Origin: Curvularia clavata | Taxonomy: Eukaryota | Assembly: GCA_023920165.1 (NCBI GenBank) | Contig: CP089274.1 | Location: forward strand, 1,550,001 to 1,614,000 | Direction of reading: 5' to 3' | DNA length: 64,000 nucleotides | Part shown: positions 33,133-45,091 of the stretch, piece by piece | How positions within the stretch are numbered: the first letter of the stretch is position 1 | How the letters are laid out: the number at the start of each line of letters is the position of its first letter | Position numbers and translations under genes: made by a program | The notes under the pieces: model-generated | Told to the model about the DNA's origin: nothing | The model's input: the letters and a program-made list of their open reading frames with translations, nothing else | The model's database searches: none

Positions 33133-35174
33133 TCAAGTGGATGCAAATAGAACCTTCCTAGGTCCACCCATGGTTAGGTTTTTCGAGGCAGCGCCATTGG
33201 TTGCACTGCTTTCCATGCTGTCAAGCATCCTGTCCATGCCGCCAAGGTCAAGCTCACCGTGAGAAAGCAATGCTTGGTCGGCTCTGTTGCTTGTCTCATC
33301 TTCAAGTTGTTCGCGTGCAAATATTGCATTCATGTCTCGTCCGAGAGGTTGGCTGGTGCTGGCAGTAATCACTAGTCGGTGTTCCAGTGAGATGAGTGTG
33401 TCTCTTGCAACGGCCATGCGTGAGGCCTGTGTCGTAGTGTCAAACTGGGAGATCGAAGTGATGGCCTCTCCACAAAGCGTAACATCTTGAATCTGTAGGC
33501 CTGGACCGGGCAATGAGTTGCCATTGCTAGCAGAGGCGGTACGAGCCCAGAACTTAGTGAGATCAGCTATCCGGTAGATCTCTGCGCCATACCAAATAAG
33601 GATCGAATCTTCTGAAGTGCCGTTGGCTGATGGCAAGCTGGCGACCGAAATGCCACCACGCGTCACGACCGCCGAACTTGTTGAAGTTCCTTGGAATAGC
33701 GCTTCTTCTTTTCTACGGCGTGTGTTAGGCGTCATTGGGGCTAACGAATTACGACTGCCGCGCTTCGGACTAGAAGGACCACTGTTGTTTCCTTCCTTGT
33801 CTGATGTTCCTACATAGCCCCGCAGCGAGAAAGCTGAGGGGTCTGCCGGCGGGTTCGGGCCAGAGCGGTCAACATCCCAGACGCCCCATTCACCATCCGC
33901 TAACAGGGCAATGATATGACGGCCGTCCGAGGCCCAAGCAGCATCGACAATGGCTTTTCGAGAAGCAAGAATTGGAGGCATGAGTGTGATGCTCTTGACC
34001 GCCTCGAATGGTGTTCTGAATGTGGCAACAAAGGCACCAGGCTCATTAGAGCCGCCGCTCATTCGTCGCTTGCGAGTAGGGGTAGCAAGCAGGTCATAGA
34101 TTCGTGCAGTGCCCATGGAATCGGTGATGAGTAGTTGAGAGTGTCGACGCTTTGGGTATTGTGCGGTATTGAAAGTAACACGAGAGGCAGGATGTCGTAG
34201 CGTGAGCGTTTTGCATGGTACGACAGGGTGCGAGACTTTGATTGTCGTCTCAGACAGCTGAAAGCGAAAGATTCTTAGCAGGCCTCCTAGTTCGGCCGAG
34301 TGTGAAGCTACGAGTAGATCGAAGCCTTCAGTACCATTTGGCTGGGAGCGTGCGCGTGGCTGTTGCTTGCGATGCTGGTCGCTCGATGTCACGGCAGAAT
34401 CTCCGTCGCCATCAATTTCCATGTCGTCTTGATGCTCGTCTACCAAGCCTGATTCATCTCTGGTAGTCCAGGTCATGGTGACGTCCCTTGGTATGCTTTG
34501 GTAGCCTTGGATCTTGATAATCTCCTCGCCAAACTGCGATGTTGAACTGAGTGACCTGGCTTTGGCAGCATGCGGGGGAGGACTGAGCGGCAGTGTGATG
34601 ATGCGTATGGTAGAGTCTGCGCATGCGACGGTGAAGACTATGCTCTTGCTGAATATTAGGGGTGTGGCATCACCAGGGCGCAGAGCGGACGCATGGGGTA
34701 TTTGCGGCACAGCGATGTGACGAACTTGGGTACCGAGCGACAGAGATACGTGCTGAACGATTGAGGGATATGGTTGATCCGGGTCGAGCTCTTCTTCCTC
34801 GATGTCGAACTCTGCCTTGGGCGGGAGCTGCGTGGGAGCTTTTGCGGGCGCGTCGTCGTCGGAATCGATGATCATGATGGCATCGTTACTGGTTCCGTTG
34901 ACCTTGGGCGGCTTCGCGGGCTGTTGGGGCTGCAGCGCTGACTGCTTCAGTCGCCTTCCGCCTCTCCACAGGATTCCGACACCCGTTTCGTGACCGTACA
35001 GCACGATGGTAGAGCCATTGGGGGCTTTGGCAGGGTAGACGGCTGAGGCTAGGACGCGATGTGGAAGCTCGTACCTGCACAGCGACTTTGTTAGCGGCAA
35101 GACGCAGAAAAATGCGCCAGATGTAGCTACCTCAGCTGGGTCAGCTTGCCCTTCGTGCTAACGATGGGCTCCAT
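33133..35174 (-). CDS. NUP37: Nucleoporin Nup37-like beta-propeller protein (fungal type); exons 35174-35131, 35074-33133
   Basis: YELPHRV...YP.KAPNGSTIVLYGHE.GV.I.WRGGR and RK.IVDAAW...LLADGEWGVWD recall filamentous-fungal Nup37. Intron gtagct...ctaac...cag. The name is from recognition, not a search. Confidence 0.75.
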
Positions 35175-35381
35175 GGCGCGGTTTGGCTTGTGTTTGTGTT
35201 TGTGTGAAAGAAGCTCGGAGGTGATGCGGAGGTTGAACATTTCTGGGGAAGTCGCGTTCGGACTGCAGTAGCGCGTCACCAACAAAGAGACCTCACCACC
35301 AAGTGAGAACACACAACCTCACCCCGGACTCCGACTCGCACCAGGCCCAGCCGTCCCTCATGTGGCACGACGAGTGTCGGC

Positions 35382-38300
35382 ATGGCCTCCCTTCGCTCCA
35401 TCGGGGTCCACAAGCCCGCCGCCTGGCAGTACCTGGTGCAAGAAGCCATCCTGACCGACGATAGCACCCGCCGCGACTATTCATGGCAGACATACACCGA
35501 CGACGGCCTGTCCGACGAACTCGTCACCACCAAGCACCACGTTGTCTGGTCCCGCGGCGGTGTTGTGCGCAAGGCCTTCAATTTTGAGGTCGAGAAAGAG
35601 CAGGTCCAGCATGCGCTTCTGACATGGTTCGTCGTTGACGAGCCTGCCCATGGCCCCGCCGACACGACGCAGAGCACAGCGGCTCAGAGTTCGCCTCATC
35701 ACTCGCAAAGCTTCCTCACCCAGGGGACACAGCCCGCCACCGATCCGACTGTCCCAGTCAACACCACACCAGCTACAATCGAGGTGCGCTCGCGTGCCCT
35801 TGTTGTCTTCCTCAAGTCACAGGCCCACGTCTTCTTTCTCTCTGGAACCACTCACGTTGTCAATCTCCCATTCGAGGTAGAAAAGGCCTTCCCTGCTGCA
35901 CGAGGCGTCTTGGTACAGCGAAAGCTTGCGCCTCTGCGCCCTGTCCCACCTAGTCCGCCACTCCCTTCAGCTCCAGTAAATTCTTTCCTCACAACCAACC
36001 AGTCCTTTCTCTCCCAACACCTCTCCTTCTCTCAGGCACTCTCGCAGCCACCTCGCCGCGATGTCTCTTCTATGGGGACATTGCGTCGTGGCGGGTCTCG
36101 TCTCTCAGGTGCCACCATGTACCTTGATGATCTGATCAACCCTTCTGCGCCTGTGAACCCGGAGGCGATACCTAGATTGTATTCGTTTACAGACCCGCTA
36201 TCGGAACTTGGATTGGTCGTCAATGTGGTCTCGGGAGGTCTTCGCAGCAGCCTGTTGACCACCAATGGTTCGGGTCATCGAAGACTGGAAGCCATCGACA
36301 ATGCTGAGGACATCATATACGTATCTCCACAGAATGAGCTTCTCTTTGATCGCAGTGGGAATGATAAGCCCCTTTTGCTAGTAGTCACTGCGAACCACGA
36401 GACGAATGTATTTACCATCTGGTCTGCGGCTTACCTTGAGCCAAAATCTATATCTACTTCTCGCAAACAACACGTCCCCCTGTCAATAAGCAAGTCGCGG
36501 AGGCGTAGTTCCCACGGGACTACTGTACCAGGAACAGGAGCAACGACTCCTGCTGTTCGTGGCGCTGACAGGTTGAGAGAAAGCTTTGGTGGAGCGCCAC
36601 GAAGCAAGCCTCAGCCACCTTCGTTCAAGATCACGGCCAAAGAACGCCTATCTGACCAGGCTGTAGACGATGCACTTGCGTCACAACTCAATCCTGAATC
36701 TGAAATTACGCGCCAACCAAAGGAGTCGAGACGAGTGAGCTCATTACTCTCGCGGGCTGAGCTTTCCACCAGCTTTGACAGAAGCGCCTTCCAGGACATG
36801 GCGACCTCCCGAAACAGCCTGGGCGGCAGTTTCTCCGCAAGCTTCAATGCAAGCCAGCGGAGTCGGCATTCACTAGGCCATGACCGTACAAGCTTTGGTG
36901 GCTTTTCACAGTCGCGTAACCGAGCCTCGACTCCTGGAAGTGTTACATCACGTATGAGCTTGGGTGCTATCTCGATTGATGACACTCTGGATGATGCTAT
37001 GGATGAAGATACTTTTGACACCATTGAAGACTACGACGAGCTTGATGACCTGTTTGCGCCGCCCGATGCCAAAGGTGCTTCTCGACCTGGCGATGGACTT
37101 CACAAAGAGTTGGTCGTCAGTGTAGTCGCCGAAATTTCAGCGACTCATTATCTTAAGAGTGGGTTGTTTGCCTTGCAAAACCCTTCGGCCTCAAAGGTAT
37201 ATTGTGCAAAAGTTGATTCTGAAAAACTGTATAGCTGACTTCCACGCAGAGTGACATCCAACCTGAGGTACTGACATTGAATGCACCCTTCAATTCTGCG
37301 ACGCTTCATGAGCGAAAACTGTACATGTACATATCTCACCCATCATTACAACATCCCCTTGAGTGTGAGCTTGCAGTGACGCGGAAACGGCTGTCTCCTT
37401 CGGCATCTGCAACGCAATCAAGCTCCAATAGTGCCGCTCCTCGATACGCCTGTGTTCCTAGGTTTGTAGGCAGTCGGGAACTTGAGGATGCATTGGATAT
37501 AGCCAAGCTACGCGACAGCAATATCGAGCGCATCGTCCAGCTAACTTCAACTGAGCCTCAAGAGGCTTGCATATCACTGACCGCTGGATGGGGTAGTCAT
37601 CTACCAATGAAGCATAGTTTGGGCCCGTTGAAGCTGCATGACCCGTATGCAATATTGCACTATGAACGGAACGGGGCAGCTGCGGGGGCCAAGCGAACAA
37701 TAATGGCTAGCCGGCCTTTACGGCAGCTGTTGTCTGCTGACGCAAGTGGGAAGCTCGACATTGTTGATGGTGAATACTGCAGACATCGCATGTCCTTGCG
37801 TTTGTCACCCTCGGACGGATATGTAGCTGAGCTCTTCTGCGTGTTGCTCACAGTCCTCCCAAACTACGCTGGCGACTTCATTCTTGAGATATGGTGGCAC
37901 ATACGCAAATCACTCTCGGATGAGGGATCCGACCAAACAACAGCCGATTGGACAGCCTTTGTGGCAGCTCTGCTTACTCTTGCTGTTCCCTTTATTGAAG
38001 ACAAGAAAACTAAAATCAAAACTCGTTCGAAGTCTGTTCAGCGAAGAAGCTCAGGTCGTCCTGCAAGCCAAACCAAGCCGGATGAGCTGATTGATGATGC
38101 AGACTCAGCATGGCGTCTTATGTCCAACCGTCAAATCTCAAGACCCCACGCGAGGAGTTGGGAGTCATCACCATGGACTTGGGCTTTGCATTTGAGGCCC
38201 ATGTCAGCCACTTTGAGCCCATCGTCAAGATCTCGATCTATGCAGGATGAGTTACCCTCAATCGCCCAGCAAGTCAAGACCAAAAATGAAACGATTCTTA

Positions 38301-41300
38301 CTTGCCTTGAGATTGCGCGCAGATACCTACAGTCACCTATCGGCAAAGCGACCAACGATCATTGGAGGCGCTTATCCCCTTCTGAGAAACAGGATCTCCG
38401 TATCTCCTCTCTTTCTGAGATTGTTGTTTCGCTGCATCTCTTTCGTGAAGAGCGCAAACTAGATACATTATGTCAAGACTTTACCGGTGTTCAACCTGGC
38501 AATCTCGCACCCATCCTGGCACAGATTAGCTACTGGCTGCGCTGGGATGCTTGGGACTCGAGACAAGGAAGCTTCTTTGACTTCGATGGCGGGTCAAGCC
38601 ACGACTGGGCCTATGAAGAATCCACGTTGTCCAGCAAAGTTCGTTTACACGGGCAGCCCTGGGATGCACCACCGTCGATTCTGGATTGGCTCACCACAGT
38701 CACAGGGTCTCAACACTATGCTCCGTTTCCTACGTTGGCAACGCTAATTCGCAAATCCAAAGCTTCTCCCCACTCCTCCATCAATATTGATGAGATAATA
38801 GCGGGGGTTACGCCTCGGACAGTAGCATTGCATCGATTCTTTCGCGATATTGACCCTGCTTCAAGTCCCAGACGAGTGGTAGAGCTGATACAAAGGTGTG
38901 GAATTAATTCGGATATGCTGGCTACATTGCCGGAAGCTGCCAAAGCACCACTCATGGAAGCAATCACGAGATGCCAAGCAAACCCGCCTACAACCTGGTC
39001 AAGTTCACTTCTGAAGCTCGTGCAACGCGAAGACCTTGATATTTGTCATAATCCAACCGGGGATTCTGTCTATGATGGGCATCCTAACTCGTCGGGTGGT
39101 ACCCTTCACGCAGCCAATACCACGCGTGATGTCCATACCATATGTCAGGGCGCTGACCGGGTTGACAACATGCAATCGACGTCCGAAGTTGATCGTCACT
39201 ACATTACCCGTCTTATTTTCCGGGAAGACAGACGGTTTATGGAAGCTTACACGTTACTCGAGCCGTTACGACAGACTGTGGCGGAATACAAAGCAGATAG
39301 CAGACAGGATGATGCAGCAGTGCTGGAGGGACAAAAAGCACTCATGCAATGGATCATGGTTCGCACCTTCTCTCTGCCAGTGGGCAGTTCCATGATCAAA
39401 TTCAGCAGCAAAAAGCCTTTACTGACGGAAAAATACCCACTGTACGGTTTCTCTACATCATGTCTCATGAAGCCAATGGGCAACGTTGTGACGGCCGAGC
39501 GTCAAAATTACTCTGAAGAGAAGTACTTCTGGGCCTTCTTCAACGCAGGTGCTGCAGCGGGGCTCGGCATCTCGCGCGACGCGCAGGGCATCGACACGTC
39601 CTGGATCATGTACAACAAACCCGCTGAATTAACAAACAAACACGCGGGTCTCTTGCTTGGACTCGGCTTGAATGGGCACCTGAGAACAATTGCCAAATGG
39701 TTGTCGTTCAAATATCTTACCCCGAAGCACACCATGACATCAGTAGGCCTACTGCTAGGACTGGCTGCTTCTTTCATGGGCACGATGGATACACTCGTCA
39801 CACGACTTCTTTCGGTGCACGTGACCAGAATGTTGCCCGCGGGAGCTGCAGAACTGAATCTGTCTCCATATACGCAGACCACAGGCCTGATGGGTATTGG
39901 ACTGCTATATTATAACACCCAGCATCGCCGCATGAGTGAGGTTATGCTTTCAGAGATCGAGCATGTAGAAGTGCCAGACCCATCTGAACCACCGGACACC
40001 TTGCGTGATGAAGCTTATCGGTTGTCTGCTGGCTTCGCGCTCGGTTTTATTAATTTGGGCAAGGGAAAAGATCTCCGAGGCCTCCATGACATGCGCATTG
40101 TTGAGCGCCTCATGACTGTTGCTGTCTCACCCAAGCCGGTGAATGTCGTTCATATTCTCGATCAAGCAACCGCTGGAGCGGTCATTGCCGTCGCTCTGAT
40201 CTTCATGAAAACCCATGACCAAAGCGTTGCGCGCAAGATCGACATTCCGGACACCCTCCCGCAATTCGATTACGTCCGTCCTGACATTTTCCTGCTTCGC
40301 ACCCTGGCCAAACATCTTATTATGTGGGATAACATCGAAGCATCAGATTCCTGGATCATCAAAAACCTACCGTTTGAATATCGCGAGGCCTATGACCTGA
40401 GGTGTATCACACGGCTGCGCAGTGAACAGATGCCATTCTATAACATACTTGCTGGCCTGTTATGGAGTGTGAGTCTCAAGCATGCTGGTACTGGAGACAC
40501 ACAAGTACGAGATTTCTTGATCAAGTATTTGGACCAACTGATGCGGATCAATAAACTTCCAGCTGTACGATATGATGCAAAACTAGCAAAGAATACAGTG
40601 CGAAACTGCCAAGATCTCATCGCACTTGCAGCTGCAACTGTCATGGCAGGTACAGGTGATCTGGATGTATTCCGCCGTCTTCGCAGTCTGCACGGACGGA
40701 TCGGCCCAGATGTCCCGTACGGATCGCATCTTGCAGCCCATATGGCTTTCGGAACTCTGTTCATCGCAGGCGGAACGCAAACATTCAGTCGCAGCAACAA
40801 AGCCATAGCGAGTCTGATATGCGCCTTCTACCCCCTGTTTCCATCAGACGTGCAAGACTCAAAAGCACATTTGCAAGCATTCCGACACTTCTGGGTCCTG
40901 GCTACCGAGCCACGATGCCTTGTGGTACGCGATGTAGATACAGGTCGTGCAATCTCCATGCCCATCACCGTGCACCTCAAGTCAAGCCTCTCCGACGGCA
41001 CCAGAGTCAAACACCTCACAGCGCCCTGTCTCCTCCCCGAGCTTCCCTTGATCAGCAAACTGGAAACTGCAGATCAGAGCTACTGGCCCACAACACGGGA
41101 CTTCCTCAACAACACGCTGCATCTTAAGAGTTTTGAGAGAAACCAGACGCTGATTGTTCGCCGCCGCTCTGCACACGACACGTATGCTACGGCTTTCAGC
41201 TCGACACTCGTAGCTCTCAATGACGCTCAGTCATCACGCACGTCACAGCTCCTCTTCCATTGGCTCTTTACGCTACCTGCGCTGTCCAACTACGTCAGCG

Positions 41301-41566
41301 CTTCAGATGCAGGCCTCATCCTGCCATTGGACCAGCATTCCAAGTCGTGGCTGGACCCCGGTGCTACGGTTGTAGAATCGCGGCTTGTTCTCGCGCGGCT
41401 GGCGAACAGCGACAAGGTTGAGGAACTCCGAGTGCTCAAGGGCGTGTTTGAGTGGGCGCTCGCGGCGTGCAGGCGGGATGGTAGGCTGAGATGGCTTGGG
41501 AGAGAGGCTGTGGAGAGGATCAAAGCGGGTATAATGGATAGGGGCAGACAAATGGGTGGTGCGTAA
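35382..41566 (+). CDS. APC1: Anaphase-promoting complex subunit 1 (BimE/Cut4); exons 35382-37196, 37250-41566
   Basis: PC-repeat motifs HAGLLLGLGLNGHL, TSVGLLLGLAAS..GTMD, EAYRLSAGFALG.INLG, VMAGTGDL..FRRLR.LH and HLQAFRHFWVLA. Confidence 0.96.
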
Positions 41567-41839
41567 GGTAGAATAGTTAGAAGTAAGTTATCTATGGACG
41601 GGCGATAGCGAAATGAATAGAATCCGTGTGTGTGTGTATTGTGATACTTTGCACTTCGACTTATCAATGGGGTCTTCTTGGAACCAAACAAACATAAAGT
41701 GTATGTCTGGATATATTTTTGCCATCTTGTTGCGTGGTGTTCACAACGCGCCTTGAATGAATATACTAAAATCACCATATTCTATCTGTATGACTATGGA
41801 AATGACAGGAAGCGCATTTTGATCGAACAAGGATGCCAT

Positions 41840-43913
41840 CTACAAAACCAGTGGCGCAATCCATTCACACTTGGGCGGTGTGATTGGAATATCTTCGTCG
41901 TCATTGAAACGACCCAATTGTGCAACACGTTTGTAAATCTCTTCGAGGGCCTTTCCTTGCTCGCCCTCGTACTCTTCGGGTTTACCTTCCTTGTAGCGAT
42001 CCTTTGCATCAATAGGTTTGCCGTCGGGCGTAACACCAGCTACATGCGGACGTGCGGCTGAAGCAGGCTGTGGTTGTGATGCTGGCTGGGCGGTTGCAGG
42101 CGTTGTGGTGGCCGCGGCCTGGGCGCCAAAAGGAGATGGCGAGGTCGCTGAGGCAGTGGATGTTTGTGGCTGGGAGAAGGGATTGGCGGGTTGTGACTGT
42201 GTTGCAGTAGGTTGTGTGGCTTGAGTGCCAAAAGGTGAAGGTTTGCTCGGTTGTCCAAAAGCTGAAGTTTGTGATGCAGTTGCACCGCCAAAAGGATTGG
42301 ACTGTGCAGGTGTTTGTTGGGTTTGTCCAAAGGGGCTTGGTTTCTGGGATTGTTGGGCTTGTTGACCGAATGGCGAAGACTGAGATGACTGCTGAGCCTG
42401 CTGGCCGAATGGCGACGGCTGAGTCGATTGTTGCGCTTGTTGTCCGAAAGGCGATGTGCCTGACTGTGCTGCTTGCCCGAAAGGAGATGTGCCAGATTGT
42501 GCGGCCTGTCCGAATGGTGATGCACTAGATTGTGCAGCTTGGGCAAATGGAGACGCGTTCGCACCTGGCTGAGCGGCTTGGCCAAATCCACTTTGGCCAA
42601 AGCCAGGCTTACTAAAAGGATTCGGCTTCTGTCCCAGAGCATTTGTCTGCCCAAAACCGGATGCCATTCCTGGTGTTGATGGTTTCCCGAAAGCGGAGCC
42701 TGCACCCATGGTACTGGTCTGTCCAAATGCACTTCCTGACCCTGGCATAGACGGCTGACCAAATCCAGAAGTACCGAAAGCAGGCTTCCCGAACGCACTA
42801 CCCCCACTGCCCAATGAGGAAGTCTGTCCAAACGGCGATGGTTTTTGACCCAAGGCAGAGGCCGCACCAAAGGCGGACGTGGTTTGACCCGAGTTAGACG
42901 CTTGGGCAAAGGGTGAAGCAGTTTGGCCGGGAGTTGACGCCTGGCCAAAGGCTGAAGTTGTTTGGCCTGGATTTGAGGGTTGGCCAAACGCAGACGTGGT
43001 TTGTGCTGGATTGGATGGCTGACCAAAGGCTGGTTTACCGAAAGCCGGAGTCGATGTCTGCCCGAACGCTGGTGTTGAGGAAGAGGCTGCCGTTTGGAAT
43101 GGATTTGCCGGCGCTTTCATGAATGGATTCGCTGCTGTATTTGAAGACGCAGATGCTGTACTGGTTGATCCACTTGCATTTACGTTGCCTTTGGCGATAT
43201 CGATTCGATTAGGATGAATGTTGGCGCCTTCTTCAATATAACGAACAGCACCAGCAATATCATCAAGGATTGCTTTCACTTGTTGCTGCATTTTGTCGTT
43301 AAGGGCAGATTCTTCTTGTTGCTATAATTCGTTAAGCTCTGGAAAAAAAAGCGAGTTATTTAGACTTACCGCTTGTGGCTCACTGCCTGCGGCTCGGAGG
43401 GTGTAATACCGCAAGCGGAGCTCCTCTGGGCTAATTTCAACTGAACCCTCGATGAGCTGGCGGGGAGCTTCTCGCCCTGGCCCATAGCAAGACAGCGGAT
43501 AGATTGGACGCTGTGTAGTGAGATCGTTCTTCATGTCGTCTCGGTCTAGACCGTAGCTTGGCTTGCCATCACGGTTACCTGTATCTCCCGTCAGCACCGT
43601 TTCAACAATTGCCTGATACGACTGAGAACTATAGATGGTGATGATTCAGGCAATTGATAGGACAAGACATACCCCCGAACGTGCTGGAACTGTTATTTTG
43701 CCCCGGACGGTAGCGGTCGCCATTGAAGGCACCAAAGCGGTTGTTGTTTGAGCCGCCAAAGCCGCCTCCCCCCCGGTTTGCATCTCGTGAACTTCCAGGA
43801 TGCTCATTCTTGCAGGAATCTGGTTCATGTGAGTTTGACATCTGGATGCGACAACATGGCGGCTCACCTCCAAACTTGCATGTGCCTCGCTGGTAGTAGG
43901 TGCAGACAACCAT
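41840..43913 (-). CDS. AMO1: FG-nucleoporin Nup42/Amo1/NUPL2 with N-terminal CCCH finger; exons 43913-43868, 43819-43673, 43578-43370, 43321-41840
   Basis: After splicing, C-x7-C-x5-C-x3-H (CTYYQRGTCKFGDSCKNEH); YPLSCYGP..EISPEELRL; numerous SPFG/SAFG repeats; C-terminal IP..PP Gle1-binding-like tail. Confidence 0.9.
42300..43060 (-). repeat. Coding tandem FG-repeat array inside AMO1 (~33-nt PFGQAAQSGTS and ~39-nt PFGQQAQQS/AFGQPSNPGQTTS units)
   Basis: Imperfect tandem units are visible in both DNA and translation; boundaries are approximate. Confidence 0.8.
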
Positions 43914-44740
43914 TGTTGACGGACAATCAACGTGACTTTTGCCGAGACTGATGGATATGGGTCCAAATGAGCTGTGGGGAATTAGTAGGGTCTAGGGAGA
44001 GGACGCCGCTGGGAGATATGGACAAAAGAAGAAAGCGGTGTCTGAGCGGCTGAAGCCGAGGCTGGGGAGAACGGAAACTTCAGGCGAACGGACGCGTCGC
44101 GCTAGCCAATCAACGCGAACGAACAAAGCGCCTTCTTTTTGTCTTGAGGATATGTAGCAGTCAGAGGCACAGCGCAGAGGTTACCGTTGTTCTCCTGCCT
44201 GTCGATTCTTGCTATCAAGGCTCCCTTCCAAGGCTGGTTGCTGGCTGCCGCCGCCGCCGATTTGAAGTTGTGCATATCGAATGCCCGTAACCAGCGGCCA
44301 TCAGTCGGTGTACATAGTAGAAAAGGCTGGTGCAGACGACTGGGAAGTACACCAGGCGACAGGAAGATATGAAAAGTAAGGCATACCGCGTTTGAGAGGC
44401 TATTTGCTCAAGTGCACGTCAATCCAATGAGATGTGTCGGCAGCATCTTGAGCTGGGTGTGATGTCGATGGTGTTGAGAGCAGAGCGCGACGCGCTAGTC
44501 TTGATGGAGCACTAGCGCATATGTCCCGAACCTGCGGGCCTTCCACGTACGCCCGCCGCCATGGAGGTGCCATAGACTGTGGCCAGGATGCGTCTTGCGC
44601 AATGTACTTGCAACCGCAACACCCCGTACTGCTGTCACACCCCCCAATTCGACAACCATAGGCTCTCCAAACGCACCCGCTAATTCACAATTCCCAGCGT
44701 CCACCCTTGTTGCGACCCATCGCTTGGCATGACGAGGTAA

Positions 44741-45071
44741 ATGCACGCTTTCTCCATTGTTACCATTGGCATCTTCGTCGCGGGATACTCGACTGCCCGC
44801 TGGGACCTTGTGACCCGCATCTACGAGCTAGCCATATTTGCCTGGGACCACGGTGTCGTTACAAGGACTACCAAGGGCTTCGCCTTGCTGTCTCTGCTGT
44901 TCTTCCTCTTCATATTGCCCGTCGTGCGCATCGCAGCTCACGAGACAGATCTGGTCAGTAGGCGTGCACATGTGTTCGCTGCTCTGGTTGACTGAACATG
45001 CATAGCATCCCAGACTTGCAGGCGCAGGCATTTCCGCACGCGAGCAGCTCAAACGTCGTGGTTCCTTCTAG
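44741..45071 (+). CDS. Small 92-aa putative two-TM membrane protein immediately upstream of GPI1; exons 44741-44953, 45006-45071
   Basis: MHAFSIVTIGIFVAGYSTARWDLVTRIYELAIFAWDHGVVTRTTKGFALLSLLFFLFILPVVRIAAHETDL|HPRLAGAGISAREQLKRRGSF*; canonical 52-nt phase-0 intron (gtcagt...ttgactgaa...tag); C-ending codon bias. Confidence 0.72.
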
Positions 45072-45091
45072 CGGGATAGCAGGATGAGGAC

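Noticed and set aside
42040..43026. 328-aa alternative-frame ORF overlapping AMO1
   Set aside because: Explained by repetitive, stop-poor FG-repeat codons; no domain is evident.
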